Shown here one piece after another: positions 1 to 9,390 of a DNA stretch of 64,000 nucleotides. A model generated the notes under the pieces. It made no database searches. It had not been told where the DNA came from and was given only the letters and a program-made list of their open reading frames with translations. The DNA comes from a plasmid. Made by a program: the position numbers and the translations under genes. The stretch lies in sequence record NZ_CP025192.1; one strand, 5' to 3'. Position 1 is the stretch's first letter. Each line of letters starts with the position of its first letter.

Positions 1-646
1 GGCGTGGTGGTCAGCTACGAGAGTATCCGTCGCTGGTGCCTCCGCTTCGGCACGGAGTTCGCGGCCAAGCTGCGCAAGCGGCGGCCAAGACCGGGCGACA
101 CCTGGCACATGGATGAAGTTTACCTGAAGATCAACGGCGAGCTCTTTTATCTCTGGCGCGCGGTGGATCAGCACGGAGTCGTGCTCGACATCCTGGTGCA
201 GGAGCGCCGCAATGCCACGGCCGCCAAACGCTTCTTCAAGCGCCTGCTGGTGGGCCTCCAGTATAGACCCCGCAAGATCGTCACCGATGGGCTCCGCAGC
301 TATGGCGTTGCACAGCGAGAGGTCCTACCCGGTGTGCAGCATCGGACCAGCCGCTACCTGAACAATCGTGCCGAGAATTCCCATAGGCCGACCCGACGTC
401 GAGAACGCGCGATGCAGCGCTTCAAGTCAGCCGGGCAAGCCCAGCGGTTTTTGTCGGCGCACGCGATGATCTATGGCCACTTCCGTCCGCGGCGGCACCT
501 GATGGCCGCCGATCAATACCGGCGCGAGCGCTCCAAGGCCTTTCGGATCTGGCGGCAGGAGACGTGTGCCCATATGGCGGCGTAAGGTCACGCAAACTCC
601 GCCTCGCGGTCAAACTTGCTCGGTCCCCAAACAACGTGACAATGCC
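1..646 (+). mobile_element. IS6-family insertion sequence, copy A (left end lies outside the window)
   Basis: Carries the transposase ORF 4-585. The sequence after the tnp stop up to ...caacgtgacaatgcc (about 633-646) is the exact reverse complement of the terminus of copy B at 48224-48240. Element identical to copy B over its length. Confidence 0.85.
4..585 (+). CDS. tnpA: IS6-family (IS26/IS6100-like) DDE transposase, N-terminally truncated by window edge
   Basis: 193-aa translation is identical to the C-terminal 193 aa of ORF 48285-49064. It carries the IS6-type DDE core (...WHMDEVYLKINGE...YLWRAVD...). Confidence 0.9.
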   Translation: MVVSYESIRRWCLRFGTEFAAKLRKRRPRPGDTWHMDEVYLKINGELFYLWRAVDQHGVVLDILVQERRNATAAKRFFKRLLVGLQYRPRKIVTDGLRSYGVAQREVLPGVQHRTSRYLNNRAENSHRPTRRRERAMQRFKSAGQAQRFLSAHAMIYGHFRPRRHLMAADQYRRERSKAFRIWRQETCAHMAA

Positions 647-918
647 CGGGCGTCTGAAGCGAAGCCGTGTGCCGAAGCCGTGCAACGACCGCGAGCTCTA
701 CCGGAGAGCGCTGGACGAGGTTGTACGAGAGCTGGAGACGCGGTGGCCGGAATCGACAGCCCGGCCTCGCTCTCTCAAGCCCGCGCAGTGGCCTATGGCG
801 GGAGATTGAGGCTGCCTGGAGGCCATCGGCCGCCTGGTGAGCAGCCTCGCGCCCTCTGCGACGGAAACCGGTCTCGTGGCTCATCGGGTGAGGCTGCCGA
901 TCGCGCCCTGCAACATGA

Positions 919-994
919 CGCTTTCCTCGGACGGCATGCCGCCAGCTTCGCCTGACGAGTTCGTTCCAGCCAGAGCTGGCCAACGTGACAATGC
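919..994 (+). mobile_element. 76-bp orphan fragment of the IS6 left end (IRL plus transposase start region)
   Basis: gacggcatgccgccagcttcgcctgacgagttcgttccagccagagctggccaacgtgacaatgcc is identical to 48978-49053 of copy B. It abuts the truncated IS5-family gene. Confidence 0.8.
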
Positions 995-1508
995 CGCAAC
1001 GGGCCCTCTCGTAAAGGCGGCTGTCGGTCGGATGCGCGATGGCCTTCTCCATAACGGTGGTGTCCACCGCGATCTCGGACAGGCTGCGCGACGTCACGGC
1101 CCCGCAGGCACGACCCGCCTCGATAGTCTTGGTAAGCAGCCACTCCACGCCCTCCTCGCCGATGCGGCCGCGCCAGCGGCTGAGCGAGGAGGGGTGAATG
1201 GGCGGGCGGTGCTGGAAGCAGGTCTCGCCAGTGAAGTGCTGGAAGTACGGGTTCTCCACCCATCGGGCGAGCACCGCCTCGTCCGAAAGGTTGAAGGCGT
1301 GCTGCAGGTACATCAGCCCCGCCACCAGGCGCGGATGGGTGGCGGGCCGTCCCTCACCAGCTGGAAAGAAGCCCGCCCACTCCCGCTCGAACCATGGCCA
1401 GTCGATCAACCCGGCGAGCCGGACCAGCTCATGCCGTCCATCGATCATGTCGACCAGCCGTGGCCGCAGCAGGTCGGCCTGTTCCAAAGGGCGGGGACGA
1501 TGCTTCAT
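995..1508 (-). pseudogene. IS5-family transposase, N-terminal fragment (C-terminus removed at the IS6-fragment junction)
   Basis: ORF 588-1589 minus strand: MKHRPRPLEQADLLRPRLVDMIDGRHELVRLAGLIDWPWFEREWAGFF...MYLQHAFNLSDEAVLARWVENPYFQHFTGE matches the IS5/DUF772-type N-terminal domain. The reading frame runs into IS6-fragment sequence at about 994. Confidence 0.6.
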
Positions 1509-1624
1509 GCCCGCCAGAATCGCAGGATTATCGCATGGTTCCAACTGATCCCTGCAATTCCGGAGCGCCCAAACCAACAATTCTCCCAAGCAAATCAGTG
1601 CCCGGGAGCTTGTTCAGACCCGAC

Positions 1625-2837
1625 GACCACACTACACGACAGTGATGGCTGGGAGGTCAGGGATGAGTTGAAATGGAGGATTCATCCCTCGCGCAGAAGG
1701 ATCCTGGCCATGACTGCTCTGCCCGGCTCTCTCATGTCGACGCTATCGTCGCATCTGGCCCTGAGCAGCAGCCGCCTGGAAACGATGGTGGTGATCATCC
1801 TGGGGCTGGTGAACGGCCGCACCGTGAACCTGAGCCACATCGCCAGCCAGTTTTCCGGGCCGGCGCGTCTTTCCTCCAATTACCGTCGTCTGCAGCGTTT
1901 CTTCCAGTTCGTGCGGCTCGACGAAGCATGGCTTGCCCGCACCCTGATCGGACTTTTGAACCTGCGCGCACCGTTCACGCTATGTCTGGACCGGACCAGC
2001 TGGAAGGTGGGTGCGAAGGACATCAACCTTCTGGTGCTGGCGATTGCCGCGCGTCGGGTGCGCATCCCCATCCTGTGGAGCGTGCTTGCGGCGGGCTGCA
2101 GCAGCACCACTGACCGCAAGGACCTGATGACGCGCTACCTGGCCATATTCGGCGCGGGCTCGATCGATACCCTGCTTGCCGACCGCGAGTTCGTCGGCAA
2201 TCACTGGTTCGAGTTCCTGCTGGGCAACGACATCCCTTTCGCGATCAGGGTCAAGGAGAACCTTGACGTCGTTCTGGATGACGGCCGCAAAGCCGCGCTT
2301 GCCTCCCTGACCAGACACAAGAGGACGCGCCTTCAACTGGCCGGCCACAAAGGACACTTCGCGGGAATGAGTGCGGCCTACGCCAGAACGATGGCGTTCG
2401 TTGCCAAACGACGCGAAGACGGCACCATGATCGTCATCGCCACCAATCGCGAGCCGAAAACTGCCTTGTCCATCTACAGGAAGCGCTGGCAGATCGAATG
2501 CCTCTTCTCCGATACCAAGACGCGGGGCTTCAACATGGAGGACACCAGGATCACCCGTCCTGCCAAGTTGCACCTGCTTGTCGCCATGGTCACGCTGGCT
2601 CTGGCATGGGCTCATGCCTGCGCATCACGGAGCAAAGGCCGGACCAACATTGAAACGGCAGGTCATGGCTACCGGCGAAAGTCCTGGTTCCGCACCGGCC
2701 TCGACATCCTCCGGCATTGGATCCTCACACAGCCAGGCGCCGCCCAAGACCTTTGGCAACATATCTGGGCTCAAGCCAAATACAGGTCGTTCAGAACCAG
2801 CGTCGTGTAGTGTGCCCGACGACGTAGTGCGGGTCTC
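1625..2837 (+). mobile_element. IS4-family insertion sequence (about 1.2 kb) with imperfect terminal inverted repeats
   Basis: Left end cagacccgacgaccacactacacgac at 1625-1650. Right end gtcgtgtagtgtgcccgacgacgtagtgcgggtctc at 2803-2837. Termini CAGACCCG.../...CGGGTCTG-like, sharing a cacactacacgac core in inverted orientation. Confidence 0.6.
1713..2810 (+). CDS. IS4-family DDE transposase
   Basis: Internal Met of ORF 837-2810 (MTALPGSLMS...). C-terminal YRKRWQIECLFSDTKTRGFNMEDTRI block is typical of IS4/IS10-like transposases. Upstream part of the long ORF is read-through of IS debris. Confidence 0.75.
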   Translation, partial: TALPGSLMSTLSSHLALSSSRLETMVVIILGLVNGRTVNLSHIASQFSGPARLSSNYRRLQRFFQFVRLDEAWLARTLIGLLNLRAPFTLCLDRTSWKVGAKDINLLVLAIAARRVRIPILWSVLAAGCSSTTDRKDLMTRYLAIFGAGSIDTLLADREFVGNHWFEFLLGNDIPFAIRVKENLDVVLDDGRKAALASLTRHKRTRLQLAGHKGHFAGMSAAYARTMAFVAKRREDGTMIVIATNREPKTALSIYRKRWQIECLFSDTKTRGFNMEDTRITRPAKLHLLVAMVTLALAWAHACASRSKGRTNIETAGHGYRRKSWFRTGLDILRHWILTQPGAAQDLWQHIWAQAKYRSFRTSVV

Positions 2838-3198
2838 CGCGGAGTTCGTGCTCCGCCTCGGTCAGTGCGAAGCGTGCCAGGATGCGGTCCATCCAGGGCT
2901 GTGTACGTAGCTTACGGTCGGCATAGATCACGAAGCGCCGCGTCGGGATGTGATAGACGACACGTCCGCGCGGCCACTCCTCATACTCCGACCAGAGCGG
3001 TGCGCCCGGCAGTCCGAGGCGACGCAGGCCTGACGCTCCCATCCTGGCCAGCTTCGTCCAGTATTCGTAGTGGCCGCCATGGGTCAGGAACTCCCCGTAG
3101 GTTTCTCCGCCCGCAAGCGGCACGAGGTCGACCAGCAATGCTGGCTGCTGGCCAGCTCCGACGATGCCCCAGAAGATGCCGATGGAGGGTTGCGTCAT
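2791..3198 (-). CDS. hypothetical protein (possibly DUF4291-like); 3' end lies inside the IS4 terminal repeat, so the C-terminus may be altered
   Basis: 135-aa ORF with balanced composition (GETYGEFLTHGGHYEYWTKL...PLWSEYEEWPRGRVVYHIPTRRFVIYADRKL). Co-directional with and immediately downstream of the UDG-like gene. Last about 15 codons overlap IS4 right end 2803-2837. Confidence 0.45.
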   Translation of the reverse strand: MTQPSIGIFWGIVGAGQQPALLVDLVPLAGGETYGEFLTHGGHYEYWTKLARMGASGLRRLGLPGAPLWSEYEEWPRGRVVYHIPTRRFVIYADRKLRTQPWMDRILARFALTEAEHELRGDPHYVVGHTTRRWF

Positions 3199-3306
3199 CC
3201 GGGCTTCCTGCCGCGGGTCACCCTTCCGCGATCCGCAATGTGCCCTGATCCCGGCTGTGGATCACTCCGGACAGGGGGCGAGGATCCGTGGGGCGACGGA
3301 AGCGGC

Positions 3307-4035
3307 TCAAGCTTGCCATCCCCGCATCCTGTCGCGCGCCTGCGCGATCTTCTCCCTGGCTCTGTCCGTCAGGGGCCAGCCCCTGCTCACCCTTGGGCTC
3401 GGATGGGGCAGCCCCAGCATCGCGCAGGAATGCTGGCCGTACTCGCCGAGGTCGAAGGTCACCTTCTCTTCCCATTGCCCGTCCGCCGACTGGTCCGCAT
3501 CGGACGGCACCCAGTGTACGTCGTACCTTCGACCCTGACCTGGCCTGGGATGACGCAGGAGTGCCAGTGCGCTGAGCGCCTCGCCGTTGCCCAGGCAGAC
3601 CACCACGGCCGGGCGCACCACATGCAGGAGGAACCGGTGCACCGGCCAGCAGTGCTGCCACCACAGGTCCCACGGTCTTTCCAGCGCGCCCGCGTCGTTC
3701 GACTTCACGAAAAGGGCGTTGGTGGAGAGGGTTTTCCGTGGATCGACGTTCAGTTCCTTGAAGACCGAGCAGATCCTGCTCTGCAATATGCTGTGGCCTG
3801 AGCCACCGTAGTTGTCGTCGACCCATTCGTTCCACGCGACCTTTCCCCGTGACCGCTCGATCGATGCCCCGATCGTGAGGCTCTCCGCCGTACCGTCGCC
3901 CTCGGCACTGCCGCCCGGATTGAAGCCCATGACATACAGCGGGCCGGGCACGAGCGTGTCGGCGCCGCTGACCAGAACGGCGCCAGGCTTTTCGGCGATG
4001 CCGCTCAGCAGTTCGGCGATAGTGTCGAGATGCAT
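3307..4035 (-). CDS. uracil-DNA glycosylase superfamily protein (Mug/SMUG-like motifs)
   Basis: 242-aa ORF starting MHLDTIAELL (ATG at 4035) carries motif A GFNPGG (GxNPG of Mug/TDG/SMUG families) and C-terminal HPSPRVS (SMUG/UDG HPSPxx motif). The long Arg/Pro-rich N-terminal extension in the ORF track (to 4998) is rejected. Confidence 0.65.
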   Translation of the reverse strand: MHLDTIAELLSGIAEKPGAVLVSGADTLVPGPLYVMGFNPGGSAEGDGTAESLTIGASIERSRGKVAWNEWVDDNYGGSGHSILQSRICSVFKELNVDPRKTLSTNALFVKSNDAGALERPWDLWWQHCWPVHRFLLHVVRPAVVVCLGNGEALSALALLRHPRPGQGRRYDVHWVPSDADQSADGQWEEKVTFDLGEYGQHSCAMLGLPHPSPRVSRGWPLTDRAREKIAQARDRMRGWQA

Positions 4036-4112
4036 GCCCTGTCTTCCGGTATCTGTTGGGACGGTTGGTTCAACGCGCCGCTCGCGCCGATCGGTGAAGC
4101 CGCCTTCATACC

Positions 4113-5228
4113 TCAGCCCTCCTCGGCGTTCTTCCAGATCCGTTGCGTGGGGTTGTTGCGCCACAGATCCGCCGGCCGCAGATAGCCCAGCGCGACCTCG
4201 GCGGAGCGGTGCCGGGTCTGTCGCATGACCTGGGCGAGGTCGGCGCCCTGCTCGCCGGCCGCGGTGGCCAGCCCTGCGCGCAGAGAGTGCCCCGAGAAGC
4301 GCTCCCACCCCTCCAGCCCGGCCGCCTCGGCTGCCCCCTTCACCAGCCGCCACACCGCCTTGTCCGACAGCGCGGCGGTGGAGAGCTTCCCTGCCTTGCT
4401 CATGCCCACAAAGAGCGGCCGCTCCCGATCGGAGCCCCCGCCGGTGATGTCGGAAGCCCCCTTCCGGAAACCCAGCCAGGCCTCCAGCGCCGCCAGCGGA
4501 CAGCAGCCCGGCTCGGCCGGGTTGGCCCAGACGGCGACCTCCTGGCCGGCGCCGCGCTGGTCGGTCTTGGAGCGGCGGATCAGCACGCGCAGGCCCCGGC
4601 CCGGGACGACCTCCACATCCCCCAGTGCCAGACCCACCAGCTCGCTGCGCCGCAGCGCCGCCCCGAAGCCCACCAGCAGCAGCGCCCGGTCGCGGGCGCC
4701 GAGCGGGGTGGTGGCGGGCGGACGGGCGGCCAGCATCAGCCGCAGGGCGTCCGGGCCGGCCGCGGCGGCGCGCCTGCGGGGGCGGGTGCCGTGGCTGCGG
4801 GCGATGCCCTCGAGCACCATGGCCAGCCGCGGCTCGCGCGGATCCAGCGCCACCCCGGCCAGGCGGTGGGCGGCCTGGATGGCGGCGAGGTGGACGCGCA
4901 GGCTGGCGGGGCTGAGGCCCCGGCCGGCGCAGGCGGTGGCATAGAGGGCCAGCGTGCCGGCATCGCCCGAAAGCGGCTCGCGGCCGAGCGAGCGGCACCA
5001 GCGCTCGTAGCCGCTCCAGGCGGAGCGGTAGGCGCGCCGGGTGCCGGGGCCGCGGGCGCGGGTGGCATAGACCGCGGCCTGGGCGGCGAGTTCGCGGAGT
5101 TCGGCGGCGCGGGCGGCGCCACCCGGCACCACCAGGTCGCCCAGCAGCGTGGTGTGCAGGATCAGGCTGCCGTCCGCGGCCGGCGTCGCCGGGGAGGCGG
5201 GCGGGGCAGGGGAGCCGGCGCCGGTCAT
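4113..5228 (-). CDS. int: tyrosine site-specific recombinase/integrase
   Basis: C-terminal catalytic signature LRRSELVGL...VLIRRSKTDQ...GHSLRAGLAT...ALGYL. Start taken at internal ATG (MTGAGSP..., 5228) overlapping vapC stop. Paralogous to integrase at 11180-12181. Confidence 0.8.
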   Translation of the reverse strand: MTGAGSPAPPASPATPAADGSLILHTTLLGDLVVPGGAARAAELRELAAQAAVYATRARGPGTRRAYRSAWSGYERWCRSLGREPLSGDAGTLALYATACAGRGLSPASLRVHLAAIQAAHRLAGVALDPREPRLAMVLEGIARSHGTRPRRRAAAAGPDALRLMLAARPPATTPLGARDRALLLVGFGAALRRSELVGLALGDVEVVPGRGLRVLIRRSKTDQRGAGQEVAVWANPAEPGCCPLAALEAWLGFRKGASDITGGGSDRERPLFVGMSKAGKLSTAALSDKAVWRLVKGAAEAAGLEGWERFSGHSLRAGLATAAGEQGADLAQVMRQTRHRSAEVALGYLRPADLWRNNPTQRIWKNAEEG

Positions 5229-5632
5229 GGCGCGGCGAAGGGGTTGCGGATGGTCAGTTGCCCTTCGACCACCTGCCCGTCCTGCAGATCCTCGGAGAAG
5301 AGCGTGTCGCAGCCGGCCTCCAGGGCCGAGGCCAGGATCAAGGCATCGTAGATCGTGTAGCCCAGCCTCTCCGCCAGCCCAACGGCCGCCTCGTGCGTCG
5401 CGACGGTGAGCGGCCGGGGCGCCGGACAGAGAGTCCGGATGGCGGCCAGCGCCTGCATGACCTCGGGCCAGGGCCGGCGTAGCTTGCGGCGGGCGACGGC
5501 GGTGAACTCGTTGAGCACCTGGACGCTGACCAGGCCGCCCCGGGCCAGGAGGCCGCGCGCCGTCTCGGAACGCGGATCCGGCTGCAGGGCAGCGTAGAGC
5601 AGGATGTTGGTATCGAGGAAGGGCCGGTTCAT
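5225..5632 (-). CDS. vapC: PIN-domain toxin VapC
   Basis: 135-aa MNRPFLDTNILLYAA...D...D with PIN acidic residues. ATG at 5632 overlaps vapB stop by 4 nt. Confidence 0.85.
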   Translation of the reverse strand: MNRPFLDTNILLYAALQPDPRSETARGLLARGGLVSVQVLNEFTAVARRKLRRPWPEVMQALAAIRTLCPAPRPLTVATHEAAVGLAERLGYTIYDALILASALEAGCDTLFSEDLQDGQVVEGQLTIRNPFAAP

Positions 5633-5865
5633 CCGCCACGCTCGTTGGCTTCGTCGCGCGAGAAACGGAAGCCGTCGGGCAGGTGCCAGCCGAGACCGCG
5701 CAGCGCCTCGATCGCCTCGTCGCGGCGGCGGTCGCGGGCCACGCGGAAGGTGTGGGAGTCGGCCACCTCGATGGCGACCTCGTCGCCCTCGCGCAGGCCC
5801 AAAGCCTCGACCACGGCGGCGGGGAGGCGAACGGCGAGGCTGTTGCCCCAGCGGCTGACCTGCAT
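5629..5865 (-). CDS. vapB: AbrB/SpoVT-family antitoxin VapB
   Basis: 78-aa MQVSRWGNSLAVRLPAAVVEALGLREGDEVAIEV is a swapped-hairpin AbrB/MazE-like domain, immediately upstream of and overlapping vapC. Confidence 0.8.
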   Translation of the reverse strand: MQVSRWGNSLAVRLPAAVVEALGLREGDEVAIEVADSHTFRVARDRRRDEAIEALRGLGWHLPDGFRFSRDEANERGG

Positions 5866-6082
5866 GGCGATCTCCTAAGGATATACTTTGTGAATGGTAT
5901 ATCCTCCGTGCGGCGCGAGCAAGCTTTTCCGTCCGCAAATGGGGATTAGCGGACGGAAGAACGGGCGCTGCCTGCGGGGGCGCGACACGGTCGCCGGGGG
6001 CGTTTGGCGGGGCGGCTGAGTAGCACAAGTGAAGCCCGTCTTTTGATTTCATTTCGCGTTTCAGGACACTGTTTTTATACAT

Positions 6083-6146
6083 ATCCTCAGTACGAAGAAT
6101 AGGAGCCTCGAAGCCCCTTCAACAGCTCCCAGCAGAGGTTGGCGGC
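6083..6146 (+). promoter_or_regulatory. AT-rich putative promoter region upstream of ORF 6147
   Basis: ttttgatttcatttcgcgtttcaggacactgtttttatacatatcctcagtacgaagaataggag is sharply AT-rich against a 67% GC background, followed by a GGAG-like RBS. Confidence 0.25.
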
Positions 6147-7259
6147 ATGGTAGACTGGGACGAAAACGATCCCGACGACGGCAGCACGCCGCCCTGCGCC
6201 GCGCGCCGGCCCGGTGCACGCCTACCGGCGACCGCGCCCGATCCCGCCCGGCTGCTGCTCCCGCTGGCCCAGGCTGAGGACCTCGTCTCGCGCCTCGACG
6301 CCCGCGCCGGGGCCGCTTCGGAGGCGCTGCGCGAGGGCCTGGTCGCCCGCCTGGCGCTGGCCGAGGCTAGCTCCTGGCTCACCCAGGCGGGCCTGCCCAC
6401 CCACCCGCACGACCTCGCCCTTCGTGCCGCCGGCCTCACCGGCTCCTGGAGTGCCGCCTCCGACCTGCACCGCCTGGAGCGCGCCATGCCCGCCACCTGG
6501 GGTGGCCGCGACGGCGAGGTGGGCGCGGTCGCCGCCGAGCACCCGGTGGAGCAGGCGCTGGCGCTCGCCCGCCTGCTGGCCCGGCTGCCGGTGTTCCGGA
6601 CGGATCCGCTGGACGCGGCGGAGACGCTCGCCGCGGCGCTGCGCGCCCTGGGCGACAGCGCCTGGCCCGCCGCCATCGCTTCGCCCGGCGCCGCGGTCCC
6701 GGACGTCGCGGCCTGGCGGCGAGGCTGGTTGCGGGCGGGGGAGGGGTTGCCGGCCCTGCTGGCCGCCGCGGAGGCCACGGCCTGCTGGATGCGCGAGGCC
6801 GGGGAGGGGGACATCGCCCGGCCGGAGCCGCAGCAGGCGGTGTTCCTGGCCGCCGTGCTGCTGAAGCGCCGGCGGCGGCTGGGCCATGTGCCTTTGGTCT
6901 TCTGGAGCGGGGCGGGGCCGGGGGAGCGTCTGCCGCGTCCCACCGCGGATCCGGCCGCGTGGCCCGTGCTGTTCCTTGCTCGCGTGGCGACGGCAGCCCG
7001 GCGTGGGCTGGAGGTGCTGGACCGCCTGGAGGTGGCACAGCAGCGACTTGCCGTGCTGGCCGAGGGCGCGCGGCGCTCCTCCTCGCTGCCCGCCGCGGCG
7101 GCGCTGCTGCTGCGCCGGCCGCTCGTCACCGCGCCACAGCTGGCGAAGGACCTCGGCCTGACCCATCAGGGCGCGCTGCTGATCCTGGCCAAGCTGCAGG
7201 GGGCCCGGATCGTCCAGGAGGTGACGGGCAGGGGGAGCTTCAGGGCATACGTCACATGA
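6147..7259 (+). CDS. hypothetical Ala/Leu-rich protein with C-terminal helix-turn-helix (possibly DUF1612-type)
   Basis: 370-aa ORF. C-terminal VTAPQLAKDLGLTHQGALLILAKLQGARIVQEVTGRGSFRAY resembles a winged-HTH. No catalytic motif recognised. Confidence 0.45.
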   Translation: MVDWDENDPDDGSTPPCAARRPGARLPATAPDPARLLLPLAQAEDLVSRLDARAGAASEALREGLVARLALAEASSWLTQAGLPTHPHDLALRAAGLTGSWSAASDLHRLERAMPATWGGRDGEVGAVAAEHPVEQALALARLLARLPVFRTDPLDAAETLAAALRALGDSAWPAAIASPGAAVPDVAAWRRGWLRAGEGLPALLAAAEATACWMREAGEGDIARPEPQQAVFLAAVLLKRRRRLGHVPLVFWSGAGPGERLPRPTADPAAWPVLFLARVATAARRGLEVLDRLEVAQQRLAVLAEGARRSSSLPAAAALLLRRPLVTAPQLAKDLGLTHQGALLILAKLQGARIVQEVTGRGSFRAYVT

Positions 7260-7525
7260 TGCTTTGAGACAGGGGGTTATCCGGGAGATAGGTACGTCGT
7301 TGTTCTTGGCGCCAGACCTGGACACTATGGCAACAGATCTTGTGCTGAAGCCGATCAGTGTGGGCTAGCGGCAACACAGGATGGGAGGGTTGCCTTGAGG
7401 ACCTGCTTCGGAGCGCGATCGAGCGTTGACACGGCGCGCCCTACGGGCACGCCAAGCGTCCGAAGGCCTCCGAGGCGAGGACTCACCGTCGCGCGCCCCG
7501 TGAAGGCCCTCGTCCCACCTGAACC

Positions 7526-9390
7526 TCAAAATGTCAGCGTCATGAGGAAGCGAAAGGTGCGCCCAGGCAGCAGCACCTCGTCCTTCTTGAAGGAGGCGAC
7601 GTTGCGAATGTCGGAGTCCAGCAGGTTGCTGCCGATGACCGAAAAGTTCGCGCTACGGACGTCATCGAGGCGAGCCGTGTAGCCAATGCTGGCGTTGAGC
7701 AGCTCATAGCCCTTGGTCGAGGTCTCGTTCTCGCTCACTTTGTTCTGGTTGAAGGCGTGAAGGTAGTCGACGGTGCTCTGGAAGTCACCGCCGCGCCAGA
7801 AGACGCCACCACCCAGGCGGTGGGGAGGGATGCGGGGCAGGTTTCCGGCGCCGTTCGTGAACTGTGCCCGCACGAAGTCGTAGCGGCCCAATATGCCGAC
7901 GATACCATCCCCGATGCTGAAGAGGTCTTGCTCCGCCTTAGCCTCCATGCCGTAGAAGCGGGCATTGCGCTGGCCGTAAGCGGTTTGCCGAAACTCCCCG
8001 TCTCCGCCGACCGCACAGGAGCTGAACTCCTCGCCGCAATTGGCCCCGGTGAGGACCCGATAGATGAAGTTGTCGAAGTGCGAGTAGTAGGCGCTGCCGT
8101 CAAAGCGCGTGCGCCCGATCACTCGTGCCAGGCCCAGCTCCACCGTGGCTGCGGCTTCCTTGCGGAGGTTTGGGTCGCCGATGTCGAAGGTGCCCGAGGC
8201 ATCGTGGGCGCCGCGCGAGTAGAGTTCGGCCGCGCTGGGCGCGCGCTCCACATACTGCCCGGTCAGGCGCGCCTGCATGGCCCAGGGCAGGTCGTAAAGA
8301 GCACCGGCGCTGAAGCTGACCGGCGTGAAGCGGCGCCGACGGCCGGTGTTCTCCAGTTCTACATCGGGATCAACAGGCAGATTTCCGTCCGGAAAGTCCG
8401 CCGTAGCGCCAGCGACACGGGCGAGCTCGATACGCGTGGAGGCCTGCAGACGCAGCCGCGAGGTCAAAGTCAGCTCCTCGAACAGATAGGCGGCGTAATT
8501 GTCGGTACGGGAGGGCGGGATGAACTCGAAGAACTCGCCGGTGGTCCGCAGCCGCTCCGACTCGGCAGAGAGGCCGAAGGTGCCGTTCAGCATGCCGATT
8601 CCGGTTTCCACCGGAACATGCTGCATCTCCAGCCGGCCGTCCCAGGTGTTGTTGCGGAATCCACCATGAACCACCCGGTTGTCATAGGCCGCGAAAGGAT
8701 CGTCGCCTCCCTCATCCTCATCGGCAGCCCCGATTTCCTCGTGGTGGTAGGTGGTGAAGCCGAACCAGCCGCTGATGCGCTGGATGGGGCCGCGGTCGGG
8801 CCGGTACTCGGCACGGTTGGACCAGCGCACCTGCTCCGCGTCGATCGCTGTGCGCGCCGCGGCATCCTCGCCACCGGGGATCTCGTAAAGGCTGCGGAAG
8901 TGCGACACGGAGGTGCCGACGAAGCCCTGGTTGAAGATGTAACTCAGCCCCGCCGATTTTCCGTCGGTGCGCACGCCGCTGTTCTCTTGCCGCCTGCCGC
9001 CTGGGATACGGTAGTCGCTGTCGTAGCGGCCAAACAGGTCGAAATGGGCCACCCAGTTGCCGGCACGGACGTCGGTGCTGCCCACCCCGTTCCAGCCACG
9101 CGTTCCGGTGTTCCAGCCACCGGAGAGATGCCCTTGCACGGCGCGGTCCGGTAGCATGGTGGGAATGCGGTTGTTGATGACGTTCACCACACCGCCGATG
9201 GCCTGGGAGCCCCAGCGCAGCGCGGCAGGACCACGCACCACCTCGATCCGTTCCGCCGTCAGCGGATCAAGCGGAACCACATGATCCTCGCCGTAGGAAG
9301 AGACATCGCCAGAGGCAAAGCCGTTCTCCTGCAGGCGTGTGGATCGGCATGGAATAGGAACCCTGTTGGAGGGGTGATCGGCGTCCAAAA
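7526..9390 (-). pseudogene. TonB-dependent outer-membrane receptor, 5'-truncated by ISL3 insertion
   Basis: C-terminus ...RTFRFLMTLTF (terminal aromatic) plus plug-end/barrel motifs (IEVVRGPAALRWGSQAIGGVVNVI). No signal peptide or TonB box. Frame runs directly into the ISL3 terminus at about 9391. Confidence 0.7.

Noticed and set aside
837-2810. 657-aa ORF as a single protein
   Set aside because: The N-terminal about 290 aa are read-through across the IS6 fragment and antisense IS5 fragment. The real gene is the IS4-family transposase from 1713.
3307-4998. 563-aa ORF with an extremely Arg/Pro/Gly-rich N-terminal 320 aa
   Set aside because: Composition is typical of out-of-frame read-through in high-GC DNA and is antisense to the integrase gene. 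Only the C-terminal 242 aa (UDG-like, start 4035) are kept.
4143-5351. 402-aa Gly/Ala-rich ORF on plus strand
   Set aside because: Antisense to the integrase and vapC genes with low-complexity GC-driven composition.
6222-7325. 367-aa and 336-aa minus-strand ORFs overlapping 6147-7259
   Set aside because: Arg/Gly/Pro-rich antisense artefacts. The plus-strand ORF has the more protein-like composition and a C-terminal HTH.
7757-9154. 465-aa plus-strand ORF inside the TonB-receptor region
   Set aside because: Antisense to a gene with unmistakable TonB-dependent receptor motifs.
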